DNA of 64,000 nucleotides from an uncultured Gemmatimonadales bacterium (GCA_963798845.1 CAWCUS010000005.1:32001-96000); one strand, 5' to 3'; shown: positions 9,694 to 19,125, counted from the first letter of the stretch. Notes: a model not told the origin generated them from the letters alone. Numbers and translations are program-made.

Positions 9694-10700
9694 AGGAGCC
9701 CATCGCGGTGGTGGGGGCGGGGAGCTGGGGAACGACGCTGGCGAACCTGCTGGCGAAGAAGGGCAACGAGGTCCGGCTCTGGGCGTTCGAGGAAGAGGTC
9801 ACGCGTTCGGTCAACGGGGAGAGGCGCAACAGCGTGTACCTCCCGGACGTGGAGCTGGACGGTCAGCTGAGGGCGACGTCGGACATCGGGGACGCGGTGG
9901 GCGGAGCCGGGGTGGTGGTGAGCGTGAGCCCGTCGCAGCACGTCCGAAAGGTCATGGGTGCCGCCGCGTCGTCCCTGTCCCCCGACGCGCTTCTCGTGAG
10001 CGCGTCGAAGGGGATCGAGACGCGAACCCTGGAGACCATGGCGGAGGTGCTGGAGGACATCCTGCCGGAGTCGACGCATCGTCGCGCCTGCTTCCTCTCG
10101 GGGCCCAGCTTCGCCACGGAGGTTTCGCGGGAGCATCCCACGGCGGTGACGGTGGCGAGCCGGGACACGGACGCGGCGAGGGAGGCGCAGGAGCTCTTCC
10201 AGACGGACTATTTCCGCGTCTACACGAGCCACGACGTCACGGGCGTGGAGCTGGGCGGGGCGCTGAAGAACGTGATGGCGCTGGCCGCGGGGATGATCGT
10301 GGGGCTTGGCTTCGGCCACAACACGCGCGCGGCGCTGATCACGCGCGGGCTCGCGGAGATGAGCCGCCTGGGGATCGCGCTGGGCGCCAACCCGCTCACG
10401 TTCGCCGGCCTGGCGGGGATGGGCGACCTGATCCTCACCTGTACGGGAGAGCTGAGCCGGAACCGGACGGTGGGTGTAGCGCTGGGGGAGGGGCGGAAGC
10501 TGGGCGAGGTGCTGGGGGCGATGCGGATGGTGGCGGAGGGCGTGGAGACGACGAGGGCGGCGTACGCGCTGTCGCGGCGGGAAGGGATCGAGATGCCGAT
10601 CGTCGCCGAAGTCCACGCGGTGTTGTTCGAGGAGCGGCCGCCCGCGGAAGCGGTGCGGAACCTGATGCACCGGGAGCCCAAGCCGGAGCTGTGGCGGTGA
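9690..10700 (+). CDS. gpsA: NAD(P)H-dependent glycerol-3-phosphate dehydrogenase
   Basis: GAGSWGT, SKGIE, SGPSFA, GGALKNV, GDLILTC, SRNR. Confidence 0.96.
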   Translation: MKEPIAVVGAGSWGTTLANLLAKKGNEVRLWAFEEEVTRSVNGERRNSVYLPDVELDGQLRATSDIGDAVGGAGVVVSVSPSQHVRKVMGAAASSLSPDALLVSASKGIETRTLETMAEVLEDILPESTHRRACFLSGPSFATEVSREHPTAVTVASRDTDAAREAQELFQTDYFRVYTSHDVTGVELGGALKNVMALAAGMIVGLGFGHNTRAALITRGLAEMSRLGIALGANPLTFAGLAGMGDLILTCTGELSRNRTVGVALGEGRKLGEVLGAMRMVAEGVETTRAAYALSRREGIEMPIVAEVHAVLFEERPPAEAVRNLMHREPKPELWR

Positions 10701-11062
10701 GCGATCGACCGATCATCCGGAAGGAATACTACGCCATCGGCGAGGTGTGCGAGCTGGTGGGGCTGAAGCCGCACGTGCTGCGCTACTGGGAGAGCCAGTT
10801 CGCGCCGCTGAAGCCGTCCAAGAACCGGGCGGGCAACCGGGTATACCAGCGCAAGGAGATCCGGCTGATTCTGCTCGTGAAGCAGCTGCTGTACGAGGAG
10901 AAGTACACGATCGACGGAGCCCGGCAGCGCCTGGAGGAACTGCGCAGGGAGGACGGGCTGGAAGAGGCCACGCGGCGCACGCTCGACGCCACCGCCGTGG
11001 AAGAGATCCGGGCGGAGCTCAGGGCGGTCCTGGACCTCCTCAGGATCAACGCCGGGGAATGA
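10697..11062 (+). CDS. MerR-family HTH regulator
   Basis: YYAIGEVCELVGLKPHVLRYWESQF...RVY...LLYEEKYTIDGAR. Confidence 0.9.
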   Translation: MSDRPIIRKEYYAIGEVCELVGLKPHVLRYWESQFAPLKPSKNRAGNRVYQRKEIRLILLVKQLLYEEKYTIDGARQRLEELRREDGLEEATRRTLDATAVEEIRAELRAVLDLLRINAGE

Positions 11063-11808
11063 AGCAGATCCTGATCACCAACGACGACGGCTATCTGGCT
11101 GCCGGGCTGAGCGCCCTCGTCCGCGCGGCTCAGCCGCACGGGAAGGTCCACGTGGTGGCACCGGACCGCGAGCAGAGCGCGACCAGCCACTCCCTCACGA
11201 TGCATCACCCGCTTCGCGTCCGCACCGTGCGCGACGCCCGGGTCGTGGACGGAACGCCCACGGACTGCGTGGTGCTGGCGCTCGGCGAGCTGCTGGAGAG
11301 ACGGCCGGACCTGGTGCTCTCTGGCATCAACCAGGGCGCGAACCTGGGGGACGACGTCCTTTACTCGGGGACGGTCGCCGCGGCCATGGAAGCTACGCTG
11401 CTCGGGATCCCCGCGGTGGCCATCTCGTACGCCGCCCGGGACCCGGAGGGGATCGAAGGATGGGTACCGGCCGTGTCGTCCATCCTGGGGCAGGTCCTCG
11501 CCCGCGACGGGTTCCCCGGAGAGACGCTCCTCAACATCAACCTGCCACCCCGCGATCCAGGCACGGCGAAAGGAGCGCGGGTCACCCGGCTGGGGCGCCG
11601 CGCGTACGAGGGCTCGCTCACGCGCGCCCGCGACCCGAACGGTCGGGAGTACTTCTGGATCGGCGGTGGCGAGACCCGCTGGTGGGGTGAGCCCGACTCG
11701 GACTTCCGGGCGCTGGAGGAGGGGTACGTCTCCGTGACGCCCCTTCACCTCGACCTGACGAACTTCGACCTCCTCGAGGACATCCGACGGTGGGAGCTGA
11801 GCCTGTGA
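11059..11808 (+). CDS. surE: 5'/3'-nucleotidase SurE
   Basis: ILITNDDG, GTPTDCV, SGINQGAN, YSGTVAAA. Confidence 0.96.
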   Translation: MKQILITNDDGYLAAGLSALVRAAQPHGKVHVVAPDREQSATSHSLTMHHPLRVRTVRDARVVDGTPTDCVVLALGELLERRPDLVLSGINQGANLGDDVLYSGTVAAAMEATLLGIPAVAISYAARDPEGIEGWVPAVSSILGQVLARDGFPGETLLNINLPPRDPGTAKGARVTRLGRRAYEGSLTRARDPNGREYFWIGGGETRWWGEPDSDFRALEEGYVSVTPLHLDLTNFDLLEDIRRWELSL

Positions 11809-12449
11809 ACGATGCGTACGTTCGGAAGCGGCGCCAGCTCGTCGACCGGATCCGCGAGCAGGGAATCCGGGACCCCCGGGTGCTCGCGGCCGTGGAGACG
11901 GTTCCTCGTCACCGCTTCGTCCCTCCCGCCGTCCTCAGGCGGGCGTACAATGATACGGCGCTGCCCATCGGCTTCGGCCAGACGATCTCGCAGCCGTCGC
12001 TCCAGGCGCTCTACCTGGAAGTGCTGGAGGTCGGCCCTGAGGACCGCGTCCTGGAGGTCGGGGCGGGGAGCGGCTATCAGACCGCACTTCTGGCGGGGTT
12101 GAGCGCCAACGTGTACGCCGTGGAGCGGATTCCCGAGCTGACGCAGCGAGCGCGGGATATCCTCGATGAGCTGGGATACCGCAACATCGCGCTGGTGACG
12201 AAGGACGGCACGCTCGGGTGGTCGAAGTACGCGCCCTACGACGCCATTCTGGTGGCAGCAGCGGCGCCCTCGGTGCCACATGCGCTGGTGGAGCAGCTCG
12301 CGCCGGGCGGGCGGCTGCTCATCCCGATCGGCGACCGGCAGCAGCAGCGCCTCACGCTCGTCGAGAATACGGATGAGGGAACACGGGAGAAGACCGTCAC
12401 CGGGTGTGTGTTCGTGCCGCTGATCGGCCGCTTCGGGTGGCCCGAATGA
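11805..12449 (+). CDS. pcm: Protein-L-isoaspartate O-methyltransferase
   Basis: VPRHRF, GQTISQP, VLEVGAGSGY, APYDAI, FVPLIG; follows surE. Confidence 0.96.
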   Translation: MNDAYVRKRRQLVDRIREQGIRDPRVLAAVETVPRHRFVPPAVLRRAYNDTALPIGFGQTISQPSLQALYLEVLEVGPEDRVLEVGAGSGYQTALLAGLSANVYAVERIPELTQRARDILDELGYRNIALVTKDGTLGWSKYAPYDAILVAAAAPSVPHALVEQLAPGGRLLIPIGDRQQQRLTLVENTDEGTREKTVTGCVFVPLIGRFGWPE

Positions 12450-13120
12450 GTCCGGTCGAGACCGGGAGCGAAGCGGCCGGGAAGGCGGCGGCCGGGGCCC
12501 GGACCGACGGAGCCCCGGCACGACGTGGTCGGCTTCGTCGCCTGTACGACTGGGTGCTCTCGTTCGCCGGCCGGCCGAGCGGCGAGCGCGCGCTCTTCGC
12601 CTTCGCGTTCGCCGAGTCCTCCTTTTTCCCGATCCCGCCGGACCCGCTGCTCGTCGCGCTCGCGCTGGGCGCACCCCGCCGGGCCCTCCGTTTCGCCCTG
12701 GTGTGCGCGCTCGCTTCGGTGACCGGTGGGCTGGCGGGATACGCCATCGGATGGGGTCTCTGGCAGACGGTGGACCAATACTTCTACGCCTACGTCCCGG
12801 GGGTTTCTCCGGAAGCGTTCGCCACGGTGCAGTCCCTCTACAACCGCTACGACTTCTGGAGCATCTTCGCCGCGGGGTTCACCCCCATCCCGTTCAAGGT
12901 CTTCACCCTCTCGGCCGGGGTGTTCCGGATCTCGCTCCCGGTGTTCCTGATCGCTTCCACCGTGAGCAGGAGCGCCCGTTTCTTCCTCGTGGCGGGGCTC
13001 ATCTACGTGAAAGGCCCGTCCATCCAGGGCTTCATCGATCGTCACTTCGACAGACTGGCGTGGCTGTTCCTGGCCCTGCTCATCGGCGGCTTTTTGGTGG
13101 TGAAGCTTCTCCTCGGCTGA
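12446..13120 (+). CDS. YqaA/DedA (VTT domain) membrane protein
   Basis: FAESSFFPIPPD, GFTPIPFKVFT, SRSARFF. Confidence 0.9.
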   Translation: MSPVETGSEAAGKAAAGARTDGAPARRGRLRRLYDWVLSFAGRPSGERALFAFAFAESSFFPIPPDPLLVALALGAPRRALRFALVCALASVTGGLAGYAIGWGLWQTVDQYFYAYVPGVSPEAFATVQSLYNRYDFWSIFAAGFTPIPFKVFTLSAGVFRISLPVFLIASTVSRSARFFLVAGLIYVKGPSIQGFIDRHFDRLAWLFLALLIGGFLVVKLLLG

Positions 13121-13197
13121 GGTAGCGTTCCCGGACCGGCCGCCCTATCTTGCCGCCGTTCCTGACTTTGCACCTTCCGATCGAACAGGAGCTTGGG

Positions 13198-13827
13198 ATG
13201 AGCGACGAAGGCCGGCGCGCCCCCGGGCCCGAACGCCCGCCCGCCCCGCCAGCCGCGAGCCGGCGAGCGGGGAACGACGCGGTGGAAGCCACGGGGCTGG
13301 TGCCACCGTTCCTGCCCGGACGCGCACACATCGTCGAGGATACGCCTCCTGCCTCGACCGGAGCGGGCGGAGCGGGAGCTGCGCGCGAGGAGGCCGTCCA
13401 GGAGGCCGCTGCGGCGGTGACGGTGGAGCCGGAGCCGGTCGTGGCGCCGGACGACGCCTTCCCGTTCGAGCTGGGTGACGCGCCGGAAGCCACTGCCGGG
13501 ACCGGACCCGGCCAGGCGCCTGCGACCCCGGCCTCCGGGGTGTCGGGAGGAACGGCGGAGGAGGGGGAGCCCGAGGACGAGTTCCCGTTCGACGCGTTCG
13601 GCCTCACCGGCGAGCTGCCGGCAGCATCTTCTGCGGAGGCGGGCACGGTGGAATCGAACGACGCCGTATCCGCAGCGGACTCTCTCGCCGAGCGGCTGGA
13701 GTCGCTGGCCGCCCGGCTGCGCGCCGAGGGGGCCTCGGCCGCGGAGATCGACATGGCTTCCTCGGACCGGTTCACATCGCTCCTCGGCGCCATCCTGGCG
13801 GGTTACCTGGCCGCGGCGCACGACTGA
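13198..13827 (+). CDS. Hypothetical acidic low-complexity protein
   Basis: AGGAG RBS; A/E/P-rich middle and helical C-terminus; fills the space between yqaA and the tRNA. Confidence 0.6.
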   Translation: MSDEGRRAPGPERPPAPPAASRRAGNDAVEATGLVPPFLPGRAHIVEDTPPASTGAGGAGAAREEAVQEAAAAVTVEPEPVVAPDDAFPFELGDAPEATAGTGPGQAPATPASGVSGGTAEEGEPEDEFPFDAFGLTGELPAASSAEAGTVESNDAVSAADSLAERLESLAARLRAEGASAAEIDMASSDRFTSLLGAILAGYLAAAHD

Positions 13828-13885
13828 AGGGCGGCGGACGCACGGGTGGAAAATCGCCCGTTTTGCCCTACATTGAATGCTCTTC

Positions 13886-13959
13886 GCGCCCGTAGCTCAG
13901 GTGGATAGAGCACGAGTTTCCTAAACTCGGGGCCGCAGGTTCGAGTCCTGCCGGGCGCA
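13886..13959 (+). tRNA. tRNA-Arg (anticodon CCT); CCA not encoded
   Basis: Acceptor stem GCGCCCG/CGGGCGC, D arm GCTCAGGTGGATAGAGC, anticodon arm CGAGT-TTCCTAA-ACTCG, T arm GCAGG-TTCGAGT-CCTGC. Confidence 0.96.
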
Positions 13960-13963
13960 TGGC

Positions 13964-13991
13964 GGCCGGCCTTCCCCGCGGACGGCCGGCC
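13964..13991 (+). terminator. GC-rich hairpin after the tRNA
   Basis: GGCCGGCC...GGCCGGCC stem directly downstream of the tRNA; no U-tract. Confidence 0.4.
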
Positions 13992-14139
13992 GTGCTGCAT
14001 CAGCGCGTCGCCGATGCGGCGGCTCGGCAATGCCCGGGGAGGTTGTGGGGGCGCCGTCGCGCCGCCATCATCCCTACATCCGCGGCCTCCGGACGCCTCA
14101 ACGCGCCCCGGCGAAGCTCCTTTTCCGAAAGGACAGATC

Positions 14140-14937
14140 GTGCGTCGTCTGTTACTCCTCACTCTCCTGGCGCTCGGCGCGGCCCCCCGTGGAGCGTCGG
14201 CCCAGATCCAGCTGCCGCAGCCGGTGGGCTACGTCAACGACTTCGCCGACGTGATCCCGGCCGATTACGAGCAGAAGATGACGGCCATCATCGACGAGGT
14301 GCGGGCGAAATGCGGGGGCGAGATCGTGGTGGTCACGCTCCCATCGCTCCAGGGCCGCACGGCGGACGAGGTCGCGCTGGAGATCGGTCGGCAGTGGAAG
14401 ATCGGCCCGAAGGGGGAGGCGGGAGACCGGTTCCGCAACACGGGGACCGTGGTCCTCGTCGCGCCTGCGGAGCGGCGGCTGAAGATCGAGCTCGGCACGA
14501 CCACGAACACGTTCATCACGGCCGCTGACGCCGGCCGGATTGCCGACGATTACATGGTCCCGGCCCTGCGGGAGGGCGACTACGGCGTCGGGATCTACGG
14601 CGCCGTGGGCGCGCTGGCGCTCCAGTACGCGGACCACTTCGGCTTCGAGCTCAATGGCGACTACGATCTGCCGCAGCCGAAGCACCGTGGCGGAAACGAC
14701 TCCTGGATCATATGGGTCGTCCTCGCGTTCATCCTCTTCAGCCTCTTCACCCGTCGCGGCCGGCGTCGCGGCCTCCCCATCTTCCTGCCGTTCCCGCTCG
14801 GCGGGATCGGCCACCGCGGCGGCTTCGGCGGGTTCGGCGGCGGAGGCTTCGGCGGATTCGGAGGGGGCGGCGGCGGCTTCGGCGGGTTCGGGGGTGGAGG
14901 CGGCTTCGGCGGCGGCGGTGCAGGAAGGGGTTGGTGA
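14140..14937 (+). CDS. TPM-domain (YgcG-like) membrane protein with Gly-rich tail
   Basis: Signal peptide, GYVNDFADVI, EIVVVT, WKIG, a TM helix, and GGFGG repeats ending GGGGAGRGW. Confidence 0.92.
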   Translation: MRRLLLLTLLALGAAPRGASAQIQLPQPVGYVNDFADVIPADYEQKMTAIIDEVRAKCGGEIVVVTLPSLQGRTADEVALEIGRQWKIGPKGEAGDRFRNTGTVVLVAPAERRLKIELGTTTNTFITAADAGRIADDYMVPALREGDYGVGIYGAVGALALQYADHFGFELNGDYDLPQPKHRGGNDSWIIWVVLAFILFSLFTRRGRRRGLPIFLPFPLGGIGHRGGFGGFGGGGFGGFGGGGGGFGGFGGGGGFGGGGAGRGW

Positions 14938-14938
14938 A

Positions 14939-15667
14939 ATGGCGGACATGAAGGTTGCTGCGCGCGAATACGTGGACGGGCTGTCCGAGCTGTTGGGGGC
15001 CCGACTGCGGAGCGTGGTGCTCCATGGCTCGGTCGCGCGGGACGAAGCCGTCGAGGGGGTCAGCGACGTGAACCTCCTGGTCCTGGTGGACACCGTCGAC
15101 CCGCCGCTCTTCGGCCTGCTCTCGCCCACGGCGAGGGAGTGGCTGGAGGCGCGTCGCTCTCTCCCCCTCGTGCTCACCTGGGACGAGTGGCTCTCGGCCA
15201 GCGACGCCTTCGCCATAGAGACCGCGGACATGCTGGACGCCCGGGAGGTGCTCCACGGCGGCGACCCGCTCGCGGACGCCGCCGTCGACCGCGCCGACCT
15301 GCGCCTGCAGGCGGAGCGGGAGCTCAGGGGCAAGCTGATCCATCTCCGGCAGGCTACCCTGGTCTCCGCCGCCGACCCGGGCGAGCTCGGGCGGCTCCTG
15401 CTCACCGCCCTCCCGTCCGTCGCGGCGTACCTGCGCGCCGCGCTGCGGCTGGCCGGGCGCGACGCCCCCGTGCGCAGCGCGGACGCGCTCCGGGATGGGG
15501 CAGCCCTGGTAGGTGCCGACTCCGCTCCTCTTCTCGAGCTGTGGGAGCGGCGGAAGGAGCGGTCCGTTCCGGAGACGCCGGTGCTGGATCCGCGGGTGGC
15601 CGCGGTGCACCGGGTGCTCGAGAGGACGGCCGACTACGTGGACACCCTGGATGGAGAGACCCGATGA
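14939..15667 (+). CDS. Nucleotidyltransferase-like (Pol beta superfamily) protein
   Basis: SVVLHGSVARD...SDVNLLVLV motif followed by a helical C-terminal domain. Confidence 0.8.
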   Translation: MADMKVAAREYVDGLSELLGARLRSVVLHGSVARDEAVEGVSDVNLLVLVDTVDPPLFGLLSPTAREWLEARRSLPLVLTWDEWLSASDAFAIETADMLDAREVLHGGDPLADAAVDRADLRLQAERELRGKLIHLRQATLVSAADPGELGRLLLTALPSVAAYLRAALRLAGRDAPVRSADALRDGAALVGADSAPLLELWERRKERSVPETPVLDPRVAAVHRVLERTADYVDTLDGETR

Positions 15668-16266
15668 AGAGGCCCGTGGTGGGCGTGCTGGCGCTGGCCG
15701 TCGCCCTTTCTGGTTGTGGCTACAACAAGATCCAGACGCTCGACGAGAGCGTCACTGCCCGCCGTGCGGATATCGAGGCGGAGCTGATGCGGCGCAACGA
15801 CCTGATCCCGAACCTCGTCGCGACGGTGGATGAGGCGGCCAGCTTCGAAAAGGAGACATTCACCCGGGTGGCCGAAGCCCGCTCGGGCCTCACGCAGGCC
15901 CGGCAGCAGCTCGCCCAGGCGGTCCAGGGGAGCGTGCCACCCGACCAGCTCTCCCAGGCCAGCTCGGCGGTCGGCGAGAACCTGCGCCTCTTCCTGAACG
16001 TGGCCGTGGAGGCGTACCCGCAGCTCACCGCCAACCGCAGCTTCACCGCGCTCCAGGACGAGCTCACCGAGACCGAGAACCGGATCAGCGTGGCAAGGCG
16101 CGACTACAACGAGGCAGTCCAGAACTACAACACCTACATCCGGCAGTTCCCCCAGGCCATGACCGCCAAGGTGATCGGCGCGCAGCGACGGGAGCCGTTC
16201 GAGGCCCCGGAAGGTGCCGAGACCGCCCCGAAGGTGGAGTTCGGCGGCCAGTCGCAGGGCGGCTGA
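15664..16266 (+). CDS. lemA: LemA family lipoprotein
   Basis: LSGC lipobox, GYN, RRNDLIPNLV, VEAYPQL, ENRISVARRDYN, FP. Confidence 0.95.
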   Translation: MKRPVVGVLALAVALSGCGYNKIQTLDESVTARRADIEAELMRRNDLIPNLVATVDEAASFEKETFTRVAEARSGLTQARQQLAQAVQGSVPPDQLSQASSAVGENLRLFLNVAVEAYPQLTANRSFTALQDELTETENRISVARRDYNEAVQNYNTYIRQFPQAMTAKVIGAQRREPFEAPEGAETAPKVEFGGQSQGG

Positions 16267-16294
16267 GCCCGTTTCCGGCTCGCGCGTTCACCCC

Positions 16295-16320
16295 CCCGCC
16301 CGCGCCGGAGCGCGGGCGGG
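16295..16320 (+). terminator. Putative terminator hairpin
   Basis: 11-bp stem CCCGCCCGCGC-CGGA-GCGCGGGCGGG after lemA. Confidence 0.55.
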
Positions 16321-16378
16321 ACGCCGGGGCCCGCCTCGACCGGAACGGAACTCGCAGTCCGTGGTCCGCGGTGAACTC

Positions 16379-17500
16379 ATGAGACGCATCGTCCTTTCCG
16401 CCCTCGGCTCACTGCTCCTGGGCTCGCCTCTCGCCGCACAGGGCGAGCTGCTCGACGCCTGCGGCCACGCCGCGATCAGCTACTCGCCGACGCCCCCCGT
16501 TTCGTCGGACCAGCGGGAAGCCGTCGAAGGCCAGCTCCGGTTCCTCTGCGCCCAGGTCGTGGGCGCGATGACCCAGGTGCAGCCCGCCATCGGCATGGCC
16601 TTCTCCGGCGGCGCCCACACCCTCGGCACCGCCACCACCATCGGCCGTCGCTTCGGCGTCCCCCGCATCAGCGTCGCCGCGCGCGCCACCGCCGCCTTCG
16701 CCGACATCCCGGACCTCTTCGACGGGTACACCCCCAACTTCCACGACGGCCGGCTGCCCGCCATGGGCACCACCACTCTCCCCCTCGGCGCGGTGCAGGG
16801 GGATGTCTCGATCGGCGTCTTCAACGGCTTCGCCATGGGCCCCGCCCTCGCCGGCCTCGGAGCCGTCGACCTCCTCGCCAGCCTTTCCTACCTCCCGGCC
16901 CTCGACCGGACCGGCCTCCAGCGCGATATCTTCAACTGGGGCGCTGGCGCCCGCATCGGCATCCTTCAGCAGGGGCTCACCATGCCCGGCGTTTCCGTCT
17001 CGGGCATGTTCCGAAAGATGGGCACGGTCTCGTTCGGCGAGATCGATCCCGCCCACGCAACCGCCGGAGACCCCGCGGAGTTCGGCACCGACCTCCGGAC
17101 CCTCAGCTTCCGCGCCGCCGTCAGCAAGCGCATCCTCGCCCTCGACCTCGCCGCCGGCGCCGGCTACGACCTCTACAGCAGCAACGTCCACTTCGACGTC
17201 ATTCTGCAGTGCCCCGCGGAGGAGTGCGCCATCCCCGGGGGCGTCGCCCTACGACCCCAGTACGACGGCTCCCCCGGTATCGACGGCCCGCTCCGCACCG
17301 CTGCCTGGAACGTCTACGCCGACCTCGGCCTCAGCCTCACGATGCTGAACGTGGTCGGCGAGCTCGGGTATCAGAAAGCCGCCGACGTCGTGACCCCCGA
17401 CGACCTCGGCAACGCCGGGCTCCCGCGCCAGGATCTAACCATCGAGGCGCTGCAGACCGGCCGCTTCTTCGCCAGCCTTGGGCTCCGCCTGATGCTGTGA
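16379..17500 (+). CDS. Hypothetical secreted, probable outer-membrane beta-barrel protein
   Basis: Signal peptide ending LAA|Q; amphipathic beta-strands; C-terminal FFASLGLRLML. Confidence 0.7.
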   Translation: MRRIVLSALGSLLLGSPLAAQGELLDACGHAAISYSPTPPVSSDQREAVEGQLRFLCAQVVGAMTQVQPAIGMAFSGGAHTLGTATTIGRRFGVPRISVAARATAAFADIPDLFDGYTPNFHDGRLPAMGTTTLPLGAVQGDVSIGVFNGFAMGPALAGLGAVDLLASLSYLPALDRTGLQRDIFNWGAGARIGILQQGLTMPGVSVSGMFRKMGTVSFGEIDPAHATAGDPAEFGTDLRTLSFRAAVSKRILALDLAAGAGYDLYSSNVHFDVILQCPAEECAIPGGVALRPQYDGSPGIDGPLRTAAWNVYADLGLSLTMLNVVGELGYQKAADVVTPDDLGNAGLPRQDLTIEALQTGRFFASLGLRLML

Positions 17501-17748
17501 AGTGTGCGCGATTCCGCGCGCCGCGGTCTGTCCGGGGGTGGACGCCGACGGGGGTCAGGTGGTTCTTTACACGGAATGTTCGAAGGCGTGTGGGGTAATG
17601 CCCTACACCCGTCCGCGGGGCGGTCCGCACCTCGTGGAGAGGGCGTTTCCCCCGTGTGGAAGCGGGGTTTTCCGGGATTGAAGGGCCCATCATGGCCCGC
17701 TATGTTCTGGCCCAACGGAGACATGCGGGCCGTCGAGGAGGAGCCGCC

Positions 17749-18441
17749 TTGGACAGGGATGGAGTGATCGTCGAGGGCATCGCGAAGCGCTTCGGGCGTC
17801 GGTGGGCGCTGAGGGGCGCGGGTTTCGCGGTGGCACCTGGAGAGTCGGTGGCGCTGATGGGCCACAACGGGAGCGGGAAGACCACGATCCTCCGGATCGT
17901 GGCGACGACGCTGCGGCCGACGCGAGGTCGGGGTTGGGTCTTCGGGAACGAGCTGGTGCGGGAAGCGGACCAGATCCGGGAGGACGTGGGCGCGCTGTTT
18001 CACGCGCCGGGGGTTTACGGGGACCTGACGGCGCGCGAGAACCTCGAGTTCGCGCGGCGAATGTGGGGTGGGACGACGAGTGTGTCGGTGGACGCTGCGC
18101 TGGAGCGGGTGGGGCTGACGGGGGCGCGAGAGGAGCGGGCGCAGGGATTCTCTTCCGGGATGACGCGTCGGCTGGCGTTGGCGCGGTTGGTGATGCGGCC
18201 GCCGCGGCTGCTTCTGCTGGACGAGCCGTACGCGAGCTTCGACGCGGACGGGATCGATCTGGTGAACGAGCTCGTGCGGGAGACGGTGGGCCGGGGTGGG
18301 ATCGCGATGATCGCGACGCACGATCCAGAGCGGTCGGCGGCGGTGGTGGACCGTGTGGTCGAGCTGGCGGCGGGGAAGATCGTGGAATCGAGCGGGTTTC
18401 CGGTGAAGCAATCCCGGCTGCGGGCGGAGGTGGTCCGGTGA
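17749..18441 (+). CDS. ccmA: Heme exporter ATP-binding protein CcmA
   Basis: GAGGAG RBS before TTG; GHNGSGKT, FSSGM, LLLDEP; first gene of the ccm operon. Confidence 0.9.
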   Translation: MDRDGVIVEGIAKRFGRRWALRGAGFAVAPGESVALMGHNGSGKTTILRIVATTLRPTRGRGWVFGNELVREADQIREDVGALFHAPGVYGDLTARENLEFARRMWGGTTSVSVDAALERVGLTGAREERAQGFSSGMTRRLALARLVMRPPRLLLLDEPYASFDADGIDLVNELVRETVGRGGIAMIATHDPERSAAVVDRVVELAAGKIVESSGFPVKQSRLRAEVVR

Positions 18442-19124
18442 GTTTCCGCGGCGAGATGACGCGGGTGGGCGCGGTGGCGTGGAAGGACCTCACGACGGAG
18501 CGGCGGTCGAAGGCGAACTTCAACGCGGTGCTGTTCCTTGCCACGCTGATGCTGCTGATGTTCGGGTTTGCCCTGGGGCCGGACACCTCGGCGTTGAGGG
18601 CGGCGGCGGCGGGGATCGTGTGGCTGACCGTGCTGTTCAGCGGCAATCTGGCGTTCCACCGGTCCTACCAGGTGGAGCTGGAGCGGGGGGCGCTGGAGAT
18701 GCTGCTGCTGTATCCGGGGGCGAGGAGCTCGATCTTCCTGGGGAAGCTGCTGGCGAACCTGACGTTCGTGCTGCTGGTGGAAGCGGTGCTGATCCCGATC
18801 GCCATGGTGCTCTACGACATCTCGGTGGTCCGCGGTGCGGCCATGGTCCTGCTGGTGATCTTCCTCGGGACCGTGGGGTTCGTGACGCTGGGGACGTTCT
18901 ACGGGTCCATGGCGAGCCGGAGCCGCGCGCGCGAGGTTCTGCTGCCGCTGCTCCTGTTCCCGATGGTCGTGCCGGTGCTGGTTGCGGCCGTGGAAGCGAC
19001 CGCGGCGCTCATGCAGGGGGATCTGATGGGGGAGAGCGGGCGCTGGCTCCGGCTGCTCTTCGCGTTCGACACCATCTTCGTGGGCGCGTCGATCATGGCG
19101 TTCGGAGCCGTCATCGAGGAGTGA
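18438..19124 (+). CDS. ccmB: Heme exporter permease CcmB
   Basis: KDLTTERR, LLPLLLFP; about six TM helices. Confidence 0.92.
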   Translation: MSFRGEMTRVGAVAWKDLTTERRSKANFNAVLFLATLMLLMFGFALGPDTSALRAAAAGIVWLTVLFSGNLAFHRSYQVELERGALEMLLLYPGARSSIFLGKLLANLTFVLLVEAVLIPIAMVLYDISVVRGAAMVLLVIFLGTVGFVTLGTFYGSMASRSRAREVLLPLLLFPMVVPVLVAAVEATAALMQGDLMGESGRWLRLLFAFDTIFVGASIMAFGAVIEE

Positions 19125-19125
19125 G

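Noticed and set aside
14815..14925. GGCGGCTTC-like tandem repeats as a CRISPR array or VNTR
   Set aside because: They encode the Gly/Phe-rich tail typical of TPM proteins; there are no spacers.
14939..15667. NTase as a CBASS cyclase or MNT-HEPN toxin-antitoxin component
   Set aside because: No effector or HEPN partner gene; the context is lemA/TPM; the second catalytic Asp is replaced by Asn.
13886..17500. Genomic island integrated at tRNA-Arg
   Set aside because: No integrase, no duplicated tRNA 3' end seen, and no drop in GC content.
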